The position numbers were made by a program, and so were the translations under genes. The notes beneath the pieces were generated by a model that saw only the letters and a program-made list of their open reading frames with translations, had not been told where the DNA came from and made no database searches. From Antedon mediterranea (Eukaryota > Animalia > Echinodermata), in NCBI RefSeq assembly GCF_964355755.1, contig NC_092677.1, positions 9,446,101 to 9,510,100 on the forward strand: 64,000 nucleotides of DNA. The letters are read 5' to 3'. Positions 14,523 through 27,573 of this stretch are shown here, piece after piece; position 1 is the first letter of the stretch, and every line of letters starts with the position of its first letter.

Positions 14523-14595
14523 AGCTCGGTGGTCTAGAGGTATAAACGCCAGGCTAGTGATCTGGAGGTCGTGGGTTCGAGTCCCACCCGAGAAC
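14523..14595 (+). pseudogene. tRNA-Thr(AGT)-like sequence (pseudo-tRNA / SINE-type head) inside a dispersed repeat
   Basis: A box TGGTCTAGAGG; anticodon arm CCAGG-CTAGTGA-TCTGG; T arm GTGGG-TTCGAGT-CCCAC; acceptor CTCGG/CCGAG with the top two pairs broken. A degraded copy with the same flanks lies at ~63650-63800. Confidence 0.7.
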
Positions 14596-14838
14596 TACTT
14601 GCGAATTTTTTCGCAAGTATTCTCAAATGTACTTAGTATAAAGTACAAATTACATCAGAGTAGGGCAAAACATCTAATTACTCAACTCCCTGACGAAAAC
14701 CTACAATTTCAAAATAATAACAAATATACACCCCATTTATTATTCAATAAATGTGAACAAAGAATATTAGTAACCCTGCATTTAAGCACATTACGAAGAA
14801 AAAAACAATAGGACAAACTTTAGCTGTTCTTTGTATAT

Positions 14839-14869
14839 GAAATGAAAAGGGGATTTCCCTTCACTTTCC
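14839..14869. promoter_or_regulatory. Composite IRF half-sites + NF-kB motif
   Basis: GAAATGAAAA overlapping GGGGATTTCCC (14849-14859), immediately followed by TTCACTTTCC (reverse GGAAAGTGAA). Motif match only. Confidence 0.35.
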
Positions 14870-15710
14870 ATCATGACGGATACTTTAAAGAGCTATTGAA
14901 CAGCTGATTTGATTGGCCTTGTTCGCTATTTGTACGCACCGTTTTGCGTCAATGTCGATCGTGTATATAGGCCCTACGTGTTTGATTTTGTGCTTGGTAA
15001 AGAAATTAATTTCTATTGTTGGCTCAATGATGATAATTATCAGTATCGTTGCATCAATAACAACTGTCAATTAAGCAAATTGTAAATACTAATGTATTCA
15101 GTATTAACGCTTGATTTTAAATGTAAACTTTACCAAATTAGGTAAACATTGTAGCTGCTACAAAAAACATAGCGTTCTGTTTTTTAGAACACCAAAACGA
15201 TTTAATTGATAATTCAGAATTACATGATTTTAGAGAGTATTTTGTCGACACAAAACATTGTCGCGATTACAGTTTGTGACAAAATATCGCCCTCTTTATA
15301 AATGGATAAAAAACACTTCTTTATAATATTATAATACTGAATGAATCATATAATAGACGTTGGCTATAAATTTCCTCTCGATAGTTTTAGCAAAAATGTC
15401 CCTTTAATTGGTTTGTAGAATAGAAGATGGGAGAGGGGGTGTTGGTACTATCGATACCGAAGACTATTATCAATCTAGAGGTGAGAGAAACTCGAAAAAC
15501 AATGATGTTAAAATAGGCCTTATACACATGAAATATAAACAAGATGAGCTGAATTAAGAATTGATATCCAAAGCCGCAAGCATGGACAGTCTCTCTAGGC
15601 CGAGTCGATCACCAGAATATCGTTCAGTATTTTCTTACAACTTTCAATACTTCATTTGTCCAAATTATGTGTCACTCTTTCCTGGTTTACAAATTGCATG
15701 GACTTGTGTG

Positions 15711-15803
15711 TTTTTAGTCGCGTGCAACGTTACTCTACAGCTCGGTCAGTCGGTGGGTTGGTCGGTCGGTAAACACGCGACTGCAGCCATGTATATGGCC
15801 TTG
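15711..15803 (+). mobile_element. Short Helentron-associated (DINE-1/HINE-like) element
   Basis: T-run start, subterminal inverted repeats AGTCGCGTG / CACGCGACT, internal (GGTC)n microsatellite, 3' palindrome GCCATGTATATGGC. Confidence 0.55.
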
Positions 15804-18782
15804 CTTGGTTGTTGTTTTTTTGTTGCCTTTTAGACGTAGATTCTTTGAATTTGAATCTTTAATAACAACATGAACGTAGGATTGTCAATCCATTTTTATT
15901 TATTCCCTGATGATCTATTGTTTTGCCACTCACATTTCTAGAGCACACTTTGCTTTTATGCTACGCCATTTTTTAAATTGTTTATATCTTTGTATTTTTA
16001 TTGTTTCACTTCTTCTATAGGCCTATGTATATGTTCAAGTGCAATATATGAGAGCCATCTTGATAGTGCTTTGCACTCATGGCAATCCTCATGGTGTTGC
16101 ACCGCTGTCTTGTTTTATATGTTTTTTTGCCTGAAAATTGAATAAAATAAAATAAAAATAAAACTTGGCCACCAAAGGTGCTTAAGGCGCTTTGGGATGG
16201 TTATAGTCTGCAAATAAATGTTATGAAAAAACATTTTAGAACGGGGAGAAATTATTTCCAAAGAAACTGAATTGCGCGCCAATGTAGACATCCTTCGTTT
16301 GCACCTTAGGCCTACCACTGATAACAACAATCACAGACAAACCAGGATGAACCAGGGAAAGTAGAGTAATAATCAATTGGTGATTGATTTGAACCCATCA
16401 TCTCCAGGATCGGACTTGGCACTTAACCGATTGTCCACTTTCTAAATTACAATGTTTTTTATGTTTACATATTACATAATTGTTATTGAAATACTCCTGA
16501 TTTGTTTTGCTGTGTATAGACATGAGGTGAAAGAAGTATAGAAAGAGGAATAAATGTCCATGATATAGTAAGTACACAAATAAAATGTCTTATAAAACAC
16601 TTATGCTCGATAAATTAATGATTCAAAAGTATAAAACAAATAATTAATCTGACACATGTTGTAAATACTATGTGTTTCTGTGTATTCAAGATGAGGTAGG
16701 GTTGATGTAACCAGGAATATTATGATGAATTTCGATTGTGTATAGTTTTCGTTCCTGTTTCTACATTACTTATCGTTTTTAATTTTCTTTCAGAATCGAA
16801 GAAAAGCCGATAAAAATTCCACAACAATAAACAATCATCTCATTTGAGGTACACACTGCAAATTGTTAACATATATACTTTTAAATGGGATTTAATTTCT
16901 GTATAAAGTTTGTTTACGGTGTATGCCTACTAAATAATCCAATCGTACGTGGAATATGTCTGCGGGAATTTGTGTTGCAGTGAATATGTGTGTTTCATCA
17001 CTATTTTTGGATTTAATATACAACCTGGACATATTATTGCAATGTTACCTTGCATATCTTGTTTTAGTTTATGTTCATGGATGTATAATACTATTTGGGA
17101 ATTATTCAAAAAGTGTTCATCTTGCAGATCACTTGATGGTAATGCTGAAAACTATACTGATGTTCAATGGAAAATTCAACTGAATATGATGTCGTTACAC
17201 GTTGTTTCATTATGCAGAGAGTTTAACCACAAAAGGTCATCTGAAATTATCAGGTATTAATTCATATTATGTGTAATAAAGTTTGCAACATTTGTGGTTA
17301 CCAGATATTGTGGTTACCAATCGCGAGGCCTTTGTTCGAATCCTATTTGATGAAGATGATAAAACCAAGCAGCCAGTGTCTAATACTTTCGAGTTGCAGA
17401 ACAACTTACGTACAGTAACTTATTACGTTATGTAAGCCTGTTTTCCTAGCGACGTTATTCGATGCTATCGTTAACAATAATCGGCAATCTTCTACGTAAA
17501 CATTAAAATGTTACCGATTTACAGGAAAAGGTACTCGCTATCGTTATCATTTCAACTTGATCGTTTTCAAACGATCGTCTTTACGTGTATTTTTCTGTTA
17601 CGTTAGAGCAACTAACATGAGTACGTGTATTTTTGTTTTTTGTAACGTACTTGTTACATATATGACGTTTCTTTTCGTGTTACATCGTAACTTAAGTGTG
17701 TTACATAGAGCAACTTAAGTGTGTTACATAGGCTTAAGTGTGTTACATAAAATCTTACTTGATGTATTATTACAAATTAAGAATAATACAATTACATTGT
17801 AAAATGCAATTAAAGATAATTAACACTGAATCCAATTTAAAATTCTCAGAATAAGCCCATAAGCTGAACTGAAGTGATTTTAGTTACTAGCATTAACACC
17901 GTTTTGGTAACATTAAAACACTTTCCCTTAGCCAAAAATGAGCATATGACAAAATGTATTACTGTAGACATTATTAAGCGACTGTTAGTGATTAAGAAAA
18001 TAAGATATTCAAAATACAGGGCACATTTTAACGGATGTATGTCAAAATGTTTTTACTTTCGAAAACATTTAAGAAAAAATAAAGAAACCTTAGATTTTGG
18101 AGTGCTAACGCATATTGGACTTCCAGCTGAGTTCCAGAAAGATATTACTCGAAAAGAAAATGTTGCAAAATATCAGCTATGATATCGCATTCCGAAATAA
18201 TTATACAAAATAAAGTTAAAATTAAACTATAAATTTCAAATATATATACTGTATATATATATATTATCGTTTCAAATTAATTAATTAAATTTCAGTATAT
18301 CACCGGGCGGTTTAGAATTACTGTTCTTTGCCTGATTTGTTTATATATATATATATATATATAGTTATATCCATCCATCTAAAATGTTTTTTTTTAAATA
18401 CGCATGATGCGCATTATCCAACGTAAAATTGATTCTTATAATTTTATAATTTTTAATTCATAACTATTTTTTTTTTCATTTTCATGGAACAATACATCTT
18501 TACTTGCGTTCAAATTGACAATAAGTCAGACAATAATTAGTTATTAAATTGTACAAATTTAAGGTACGTATCCGAGTGTACAGATTCGTTCCTGTGGGTT
18601 CTCCATTTGGTGTCACGTTCTATACGGAATCCGGGTTCAATGTGAAAGTAGTAGTAGGTCCTATTCACTTTATATAATTATATTTCATGTAGTATTTGTA
18701 AAAACCACACCGTACTGTTCTAATGCGATGTATCAAGGTTATCATTTTCGGACAGACTATCAAGGGGCATGAAGCATTCAAG

Positions 18783-18926
18783 TAAAGCTCTGTCTGATGT
18801 GATGTGATGTACCCAAATATAGTAGTGATATGTCCAAATATAGTAGTGATATGACATCATCATGTCCATATATGGGCACATCACATTTTTGTGTCATATA
18901 AAGTTTGATAGTATAAACAATGCTTT
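18783..18926. mobile_element. MITE (family A), second copy in opposite orientation
   Basis: TAAAGCTCTGTCT...ATATGGGCACATCACATTTTT...GCTTTA; reverse-complement similarity to 10633-10767. Confidence 0.6.
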
Positions 18927-19395
18927 ATTAAATAAAATGCAACTCTCTCAAATACTCAGAAAACAATGGTAATTGCGAGTAAAGTCCCACACCTTTCTAT
19001 ATACGGTTGTACAGTCCGAAACTGACTTACTGTATATTATACTGTACTATTATTATTATACTTATACTGTATATTATAGATTATCATAAATGTATTACTT
19101 TCTCCTATAAATACATAACGATATTTATCGTCATTGCCCATATAAGGTAATGTAAAATGTCCGTATAAAGGTTTTGCCTGGATGAGTTGTGTGTTTACCT
19201 TTATGCAAATATCTCCATAATTGGACATCGAAAGGAGGAAATTAGAAAGCATCTTTTACATTTTCTATGGAAATGAAAATAAGAAGAATCGTATATTATT
19301 TTGGTTAATAAAAATGAAATTTACAAAGCAATATCAAGTCTCATTTTCAGTTTCAGATTGTTTTTATTTGTACTTTATCGCGTTTGGAATCATTA

Positions 19396-19810
19396 AAACC
19401 AAGAGGACAAAGAACTTCTAAATAACTGATAACTAATTTCTCACGATTTCACATTTTTTGGTGATATTTACCTTGTTTGTAAAATAAACATTATACTGTA
19501 TCTGTATTGTTGTAACACATAAACGTTTAAAGAGCATGTAAACATATTCACGCCTTATTTTATTCAAAATACATCTAACATGTAAAACCAAGGCAAAGAA
19601 CTTCTAAATAACTCACAATTTCAAATTTTTAGTAGTATTTACCTTGTTTGTAGAATAAACATTCTATTTACGTATTGTTATAACATTTAACCATTTTATT
19701 CCAAATAGATCTAACATGCAAAAAAAAGAGTTCAAGATACATAGGGTATATTGAAATAATACCGATGATATTAATATTTGTTTTTATGTTTTTACCTTGT
19801 TTGTAAAAAA
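19396..19810. repeat. Diverged ~190-bp tandem duplication plus partial third copy
   Basis: AAAACCAAG..CAAAGAACTTCTAAATAACT...TATTTACCTTGTTTGTA at ~19396 and ~19585; TTTACCTTGTTTGTAAAA again at ~19791. Confidence 0.7.
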
Positions 19811-21630
19811 ACATTGTTCACAACAGAATCTTTTAAAAGCGGTTTCAGTGTTTCATTTAAACATCACGTAGTTTATTTTATTCAAACATCCAAATTTCCA
19901 AAAATCAGGAGACTTAGCATTAATTTATAAAAAACTATTAAATAAATATTAAAAGTGTAAGTCAAGATGTTTCAGCGTTGTATTATAATCATTACCACGC
20001 CTTATTAAAAATAAATAAATGCCGTAACAGGTGGCTTAACATTTGTAACAAATATTGAAATAATAACTTTTTACACAAAACCCTTTTAAAGAATGTTCTT
20101 AAAGTTGTTTCAGTGCGTTTGATTTAAACATTAAGCCTATATCACGTTTCACCAGTTTTTTTTCTTCTCTTTTGTGGCGTTAACCACTATTTTATTCATT
20201 TCATTCTCAAATGATCAATATGAATGATTTTACACTTCATCCAAATATAATATTCCCTTGTTATTCTGATTTTTTTTTTCCAGTCATTTTCTTGTATTTT
20301 CTTTTATCTTTTATACGATTTTATCGAAACAGTTCGGTCAGTATACCTTATCGTGATTGTTCCTTTTCAAATATGAAAGCTATGCAACTAGAAAAAAGTA
20401 AAGATTCAGCCACTTTGTTTTCGCTGCATCCCAGGGCGTGTATACACGAAATATATGACAATATGACAATTACGAATAACATACATTACTACAATAATCG
20501 AGGACCATTTAGGCCTATATATTTCTGGAGGCGGTCCAGATACACCAGTAAACTATCAAATCGATTATAATATCACACCAAAAAACACTTCACTAAAAAC
20601 ACCTACTAAAGCCCGGACAAAAACTTACATATTGCCGTATTTTAATACAACTATTTTTTTAATACGATCGGAAAGTTAATGTTGTATTTAATACGGTAGC
20701 CTATATGTAGAGTACTCTTACTTATTTCTTTAAATATGTTTTCGCCAAATGTGGGACATTCGATTGTTTTGGGACAGCAGACGAGGAATCGCAACCGCCA
20801 GAATCTCATTCGTCTGTTTAATCCCGAAACGAAAGCTTGCAAACGACTCCCAACCGGGCAACCGGGTGTTATTGTGCCATTTATACAACTCTTTTCAGAA
20901 TTCCCGGGATTCGTTCCGAGTTCATTCTTTGTGCGATATAATTTGTCCATAGGCCTATCATTCAAAATCTATTAAAAAGGATTTAATTTCGTAACAATAT
21001 TTGATTAAACAAGACATTTATGACATTTAAAGCCAATTAAGAAAGTGATTGTTTAACTGGTATGTGCTAATTTCCCCTTTTAAAACATCTCATCACTAAC
21101 AGCCGACAAAAGAATGTTTACATTGCAGTTCCTGCATATTGCACCTGCAGTATAGACACTGTTCATCTTCACTTTTACGATACGCTAGGCCTACAGAACG
21201 TACGTAATAGGATATTGATCGCCTAATTTTACACACAGTTTCCTGGATGTCTCCGGCGTTATCGCCAATGCCTCACAAAGAATATTTGCTCAGTTGATTT
21301 GCTACCAATTCATAATAATTATTAATATATTTTTTAACAGTTATCGAAACTCAAATATACGCCGTTTAGGCCCTGTTAACAAGCGACGCACCTGCGACTT
21401 CAAATCAGTTCCGTCACGAAGGCAAAGGAAAATGATGAAACGCTCAGACTGTGGTTATAGCCAAACCGATTTCTTGATAAGCGAAGTGTATTTGGGTATT
21501 GCTCCTTAGTTAATTTGACAATCTTATCAAATCATTTATGTATTTGTACTAGGCCTAGAATTGGCATTGATTATCTTTATTATCAATATTAGTTTTGTAT
21601 TTGGATACAGAGGGGGAATGCCATGTAGAT

Positions 21631-21640
21631 GGGGATTCCC
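21631..21640. promoter_or_regulatory. NF-kB site
   Basis: GGGGATTCCC, with kB-like GGGGAATGCC 18 bp upstream. Motif match only. Confidence 0.3.
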
Positions 21641-21860
21641 TTTGAATACAGAGGTAAAAAGAAAGAATTATAGGCCTAAAAAATTCTAGATAAAGTACTA
21701 TATTTAACATAACATATTTAACTGAAATAATCTCGAGAAACGTTGGAATATTAAGTAAATTGAAATACATACTTCCTTTAAACATCTGTATAATACTCTT
21801 ATTTTACCCTATTTATCATACTGCAATGCTGCTTGGGCTACAACTGTAGATAAATTTACT

Positions 21861-23550
21861 GGTTCTAGGACACCTACCCCCTAGACAGTTACCCCCCGGA
21901 TGTTTACCACCCGGACAACTACCCCCTTAGGACAACTACCCCCCGGACAACTACCCCCTTAGGACAACTACCCCCTTAGGATAACAACCCCCCGGACAAC
22001 TACCCCCCGGAAAACCACCCCCTTAGGACAACTACCCCCTTAGGATAACTACCCCCCGGGTAACTACCCCCCGGTCAACTACCCCCCGATCAACTACCCC
22101 CCCCCCCCCCCATCCAAAAGTAGACAAATATATAGGACCGGTTTCTGTAAAAATGAAATCATCTGTTTTTAACGGGTGTTTCGAAAATAGAGACCCGAGA
22201 CCAGAGACCTGACACGAGACCCAATACGAAAAGGGAGACCTATATTTGGGTCTCCCTTTTCGTATATTAGGGTCTCCCTTTTCGTATAGTGTGGTCTTTC
22301 TTTTCGTATAGTGGGGTCTCCCTTTTCTTATAGTGGGGTCTCTCTTTTCTTATAGTGGGTCTCCCTTTTCGTATATTTGGGTCTCCCATTTTGTATATTT
22401 GGGTCTCCCTTTCGTATAACTGGGTCTCCCTTTTCGTATATTTAGGTCTCCCTTTTCGTATATTAGGGTCTCCCTTTTCGTATAGTGGGGTCTCCCTTTT
22501 CGTATAGTGGGGTCTCCCTTTTCGTACGTGGGTCTCCCTTTTCGTATATTTAGGTCTCCCTTTTCGTATTGGGTCTCTGGTCTCTGGTCTCTAGTTTCGA
22601 AACACCCGTTTTTAACCGATTATTCTGTTTAACAGCACGCTAGACCCTAGATGCGCTAGATTTAAAGTACCGTATTTATTGAAAAAACGGCCTGGGCTGT
22701 TTATTGTTTAGGTGGTTTTTAGGTGGACATTTATTGGAAGAAAGTTGTTTATTCAATGGGAGGGGGTATAATCTAATGGAAATAGACGCCGATTATTCCA
22801 TATGATGTTTCATGGGAGTGACATGGTCACCGTTTATTTGAGGGGAATTTATTTAAAGATCGACGTTTATTCGGTGAGTGAACATTGAGGTCAAATATCA
22901 AAAGTGATATTATTCTTCAAGTGTACAAAAATACATATATGACAAATTTGAGACAAAAATTAATTCTTTTAAGACCAGTGGTTATCGAAGCATTGTCCTG
23001 ACGAAAAAATTATTATTATTATTAGCGAACCCAGTCTTTACAGTAAATACAGGGAGTACTATATAATACGTTCGACTATCCTATGATCATGTGTGACAAT
23101 CTTCAGTTTATACCAGGCTATATTTATTTTCAATCTTTTACTTTTGTTTACAATAATGAATAGTAATTCGTCAAAGTAACGAATTAAAATATAGTTATTA
23201 ATTCCTATTATACACTGTTGCAGAATCAGGTTGTTGAATGGTCTGGGTGGTTAGGGTGTTCTAAAGGGATAGTTTTCTGGGTGGTAATTGTCCGGGGGGT
23301 AATTGTCCGGGGGGTAATTGTCCGGGGGGTAATTGTTCCTAGGGGGTAATTGTCCGGGGGGTAGTTGTCCAGGGGGTAGTTGTCCTAAGGGGGTTGTTGT
23401 CCTAAGGGGGTAGTTGTCCGGGGGGTATTTGTCCGGGGGGTAGTTGTCCTAAAGGGGTAGTTGTCCTAAGGGGGTAGTGGTCCAGGTGGTGGTTGTCCGG
23501 GGGGTAGTTGTCCGGGGGGTAAATGTCCAGGGGGTGAATATCCGGATACG
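21861..23550. mobile_element. Non-autonomous foldback/Mutator-like DNA transposon with minisatellite arms
   Basis: Left arm of GGACAACTACCCCC(C/TTA) units (21861-22110) mirrored by GGGGGTAGTTGTCC units (23245-23550). 9-bp direct repeat AAATTTACT at 21852-21860 and 23551-23559. Confidence 0.85.
22174..22607. mobile_element. Mutator-like MITE nested in the foldback element
   Basis: TIRs GGGTGTTTCGAAA(A/C)TAGAGACC; perfect 9-bp TSD GTTTTTAAC at 22165-22173 and 22608-22616; internal ~23-bp repeat GGGTCTCCCTTTTCGTATA. Confidence 0.9.
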
Positions 23551-23589
23551 AAATTTACTGGATGATGCTGCCCCTGCTGGACAGATTCT

Positions 23590-24239
23590 GATAACACGAA
23601 AATTAATTCTCTCTTTAAATTACAAAAAAAGGCTATCAGAATCTGTTCGGGAGCACCTCCAAAATCTCACACTAAACCACTTTCTTCGCTCAATACTTTA
23701 AATATATAACTCCAAACAGCTTTATTCATGTTCCGCCTAAATCATAATAAATTACCAACTCAATTTCACTCCTATTTTCAAAATTTTAATCATTCTTACA
23801 ACACCAGATCTTCAACTGCAAAAAATCTAATATACGAAAAGCATACCATATTACTTAGAAGAACATCTTTTATTTACAATAGACCGTATATATGGAACAA
23901 CTTACCGCTCAATCTAAAAGCAATAACCATCATAAATTCATTTAAAACAAAATACAAACAAACACTTATTTCAAACTATTTAGAACATTAGTAATTCACA
24001 ATTGCCTTAAGACTGTTTTTTTTTTCTTTTTTGTGCCTTTAAAAAAAAATTATTTTTCAATTTGACGAAAGAAAGAAGTGTTTTTTGTTCTCTCACTTAA
24101 ATTAAATAATTAAATATATTACTTATTTGGAGGACCAAACTTAAAGCCTTGGCTTAATGCGTCCTCCTCACACAATTGTATTTATTAATTTATGTTTCTG
24201 TTCATATTGTATTGTGTGAAACAATAAACTTGAACTTGA
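23590..24239 (+). mobile_element. 5'-truncated LINE (CR1/L2-group) ORF2 C-terminus + 3' UTR
   Basis: Frameshifted KKAIRICSGAPPKSHTKP...MFRLNHNKLP...HSYNTRS...SFIYNRPYIWNNLP..SFKTKYK, typical of this LINE C-terminus; tail AATAAACTTGAACTTGA. Confidence 0.8.
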
Positions 24240-26309
24240 TATTTCGCTGTACCCAAAATACACACATGTTTATTGTTATCAATTATATTTTCTAGTATAG
24301 GTCTATTACCGACACTTAACAGAATCTTCCCAAATCCAAGAAGCGTTGAGAGATAAGGTCTATTCAGACTTAGTTATTTACCCGGACATCAAGTTGGTTC
24401 CTAACTAACGAGTTTAGCGGTAAATGTGAAACCAACTCAACAGGAAAAATACGGTAACTAAGGATCCATAGACGTATTCATTTTCCAGCATTAACGAATA
24501 ATTATAAACATATTTTTTTTTTTCGTTTGAAGATCTAATTACCGTATTTAATAATCCAACTGGGTCCATAGGCCCTAATTATAAATATTTCAAACAATAT
24601 TTATACGCATTTCTAGGTTAAAATAGACCTTGACGATCACCGTGTTATAATAATGTACCGTTGTGTTTGCTAGGCTAAGAATAGCTCCATTAGGAAGTCA
24701 TTTCCTCTCCAGTTAGTCATGTGTTTATATTTAATATACGATGGGAATTGCTTGTTGACCTTCTTCATAAAAAAATTATTTTGTAACAAGTTTATTTTTG
24801 TGTTTAATATGTTGAAAAATGTTCGCTTTAATTTTTTAAGCAAAATAAAAAAGAATTCATTAAAAAAAAATCTTTTAAAGTAAACGTACGTATTTCCCAA
24901 CATATTTTGTCTGAAATTGAACTATCTCTTTTATTGTAGGTCATATAATGTTTTTGCGATTGTTATTTGATTGGCTAAATTGTGGACATCCATTTTCAGG
25001 ACCTGGAAGTATCCAATTGATTTCTCCCATCCATGAACGCACATCATCAAACTTTTACCTACAATATCTATTTTTCGATCCTTTGCTTTATTGGTAAATT
25101 GCGCATATCCGTGGACGTGCACATAACCAACCATCTTTTTTGAGGGGGGAGGGGATGGGGGTCACGACTATTTAACCTATTTCCGGTCTAGGAGATGTTT
25201 CCATACCGGTATAACTGTTTGACACTATGAGAGGGAAAAACTTCCTTTGTGACACCCATTTAAGGGGACATTTTCGCGCGAAACTATAACGATACGAACG
25301 CCTTCAGCAGCGACACCACTATTAAGGGGAGTTGGGTTGGGTGGCGTAGGTGTTCACTGTATAACGTTCTGCGTTTGCTTAGTTGATTCATTGCATCAAA
25401 ACACATGTCCTCCTTCCATAATCTTCCCCATTCATGTTTCTCATTCCACAGTTAGTCTCTTGCAATAAGGCGACGTTTATGGTGTGCCATGGAGGTATAC
25501 AAACCTATGGTGGGATGAGCGCGCGGGGTAAATTATTAAGGCTGGGGAATTAACATTAGCCTGGTACTCGAAGAGTATTGAAAGTATACATAGTCTGAGC
25601 TGTACGGTTCATGGTCAAGGCAAGTGTAGGCCTAGACTTGAACTAGTGATCACCACAAGTCGAAGGTTATGCCGTATAACCATACATTTAATTATTGTTT
25701 GTTCTGATGGTTTTGAAACCACATGTTTTTTCCTAGGGTCTGGTTATTGACGTCTTAAATTTGTCATTCATATTTTTTCCGTCGATGATGAGTCACGATT
25801 ATCGATGACTAATCAATCCATATTATAGATCATTATTTTGCCTTTGTTTTTCCTTTATATCGATATGCAGGGAAGATATATCCACGTGGGAACTCAGCGA
25901 TGACGCTTTCCGTTATTCTTCTGATGACGTCAAAAGCTATGAACTTGAAGCGGTCTATATGGTGAATTGATTCTGATGGAACCTGCTGCCGGAACTACTT
26001 GAAAAACCCAATGACTGTTGTATGTGTTCTACTGTTGTTTGTGGATAACCGCTCGTGTCTCTTTTGAATTCACCTTTTATAATTTGACGTATGTACCACT
26101 TTTAAACTCCTCAACATTATAGAAACTCCTCTCCTCTAGAGAATTAAGGATCACGTGCGTGCGTAACAGACAGCAATATTGCGGGGGATTCTTGTCATGC
26201 GTAACTAAAAAACGACTTTTTATGCACTGACGTCATAACATCTACATTTGCAGTCTCTACACAAGAACTACTAGTAGAGCTACTACTACTATTTTCTGTT
26301 TGAAATACT

Positions 26310-26405
26310 TTTCCCACTAGAGACGCAACGCAAGTACGTAGACGCAACGCAAGTACGTAGACGCAACGCAAGCGAGCTAGTTGACCAATGAAAAGCGACA
26401 GTTCT
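26310..26405. mobile_element. Partial MITE (family B) with internal 19-bp tandem
   Basis: TTCCCACTAG-AGACGCAACGCAAG(TACGT) x3-GTTGACCAATGAAAAGCG, matching the left arm of the 41055-41233 element. Confidence 0.65.
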
Positions 26406-27542
26406 ATTAATACATGGCATCGATTGGAATTTGCGATAACTTGTCCTACTGTATAATACTTCACCATGATAATGTATGACCGTATATATACAATAATTAT
26501 TTCTACTTGGGAAGCGCATCCGTTATCGAGGTTTAAAATGCCACGATTTTCCATCCCTTACAATTTGCTTACCGTCCCCTACCTACCTTGTTTGCAGAAT
26601 ATGTACATTTTGGGATAGGCATAAAGTTCACTCTTCATCCACGCTGATTTTTTTTCATTATGTTGTCGTCTTGTACGTGTTACTTTTTATTTTGTAGAGG
26701 GACTACAAACAATGTCTGGAATTGAATTGAAATAACTCAATCTGCACTTTTTCCAAACATCTTTACTGTACATGAAGAAGTAGGAATGCCCTCTGTAAAG
26801 CATGATTTGAGTTTCATAAAATGTGCCTCTTTATTTCCAAACATAATGCATATTTCTATTTTTGTTTTTCGTGAGATTTATTTTAATACCAACCATGTTA
26901 ATTCAAAGTATGTGATTTTAAAATTAAGAAAAACTATATTGAAACATAGAAAGTGAACTAGAACACTACCTATTGTTTTAGTGACATATATTACTAATGT
27001 TCAATTAGGTTACTGTAAACAAGTGTTACTACTGTTTTCTAGGCATATAATCGGATCAGCTGTCGATATTAGTTGGACCCTGGCCAAACGATGACGTCAT
27101 AAGTCCAGTTTAAAAATATATAGAGCATTACTTATGGAATCATTTCCGTTTTTCAAAGTTCAAATAAGTTTAACCGCATAAAAATCAAATAGAAACATTT
27201 AATAATACTTATTATCGTGAATAATACAACTTATTATTGTTTTTATACAATAAATGCAACTTTGTTGTCTATTATACATTGCACATCCCACTCACTCTTG
27301 TTTTGCGATCCTTTTGTAAAGTGTATTGATAACCCGGATGTGGGTGTGTGGGGGAAAACCTTATAAAAACATTTCAACAATACTGTATAGTTGAATGTGA
27401 CAATTTTGTATAAGCCTATCAACAAACACCATCATAATTAATTTAAAAGACCTTAATAATTTGGTCATATTTTCTCAGATCTCGGTTTTAAATTGGTAAT
27501 TTTTATTTTAATAAAGAAATCGAAAAAAATTAAAATATTGTT

Positions 27543-27544
<2 letters not shown>

Positions 27545-27573
<29 letters not shown>

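Noticed and set aside
14523-14595. Functional tRNA-Thr gene
   Set aside because: Top acceptor-stem pairs broken, D-stem mismatch, G37 instead of A37, and embedded in a dispersed repeat.
16949-17260. Two overlapping Cys-rich/hydrophobic ORFs with a downstream donor-like site
   Set aside because: No recognisable family and no phase-consistent neighbouring exons; a BLASTx would settle it.
20651-20975. CpG-rich patch with three overlapping ORFs
   Set aside because: No homology recognised and no splice context; more likely regulatory or repeat-derived.
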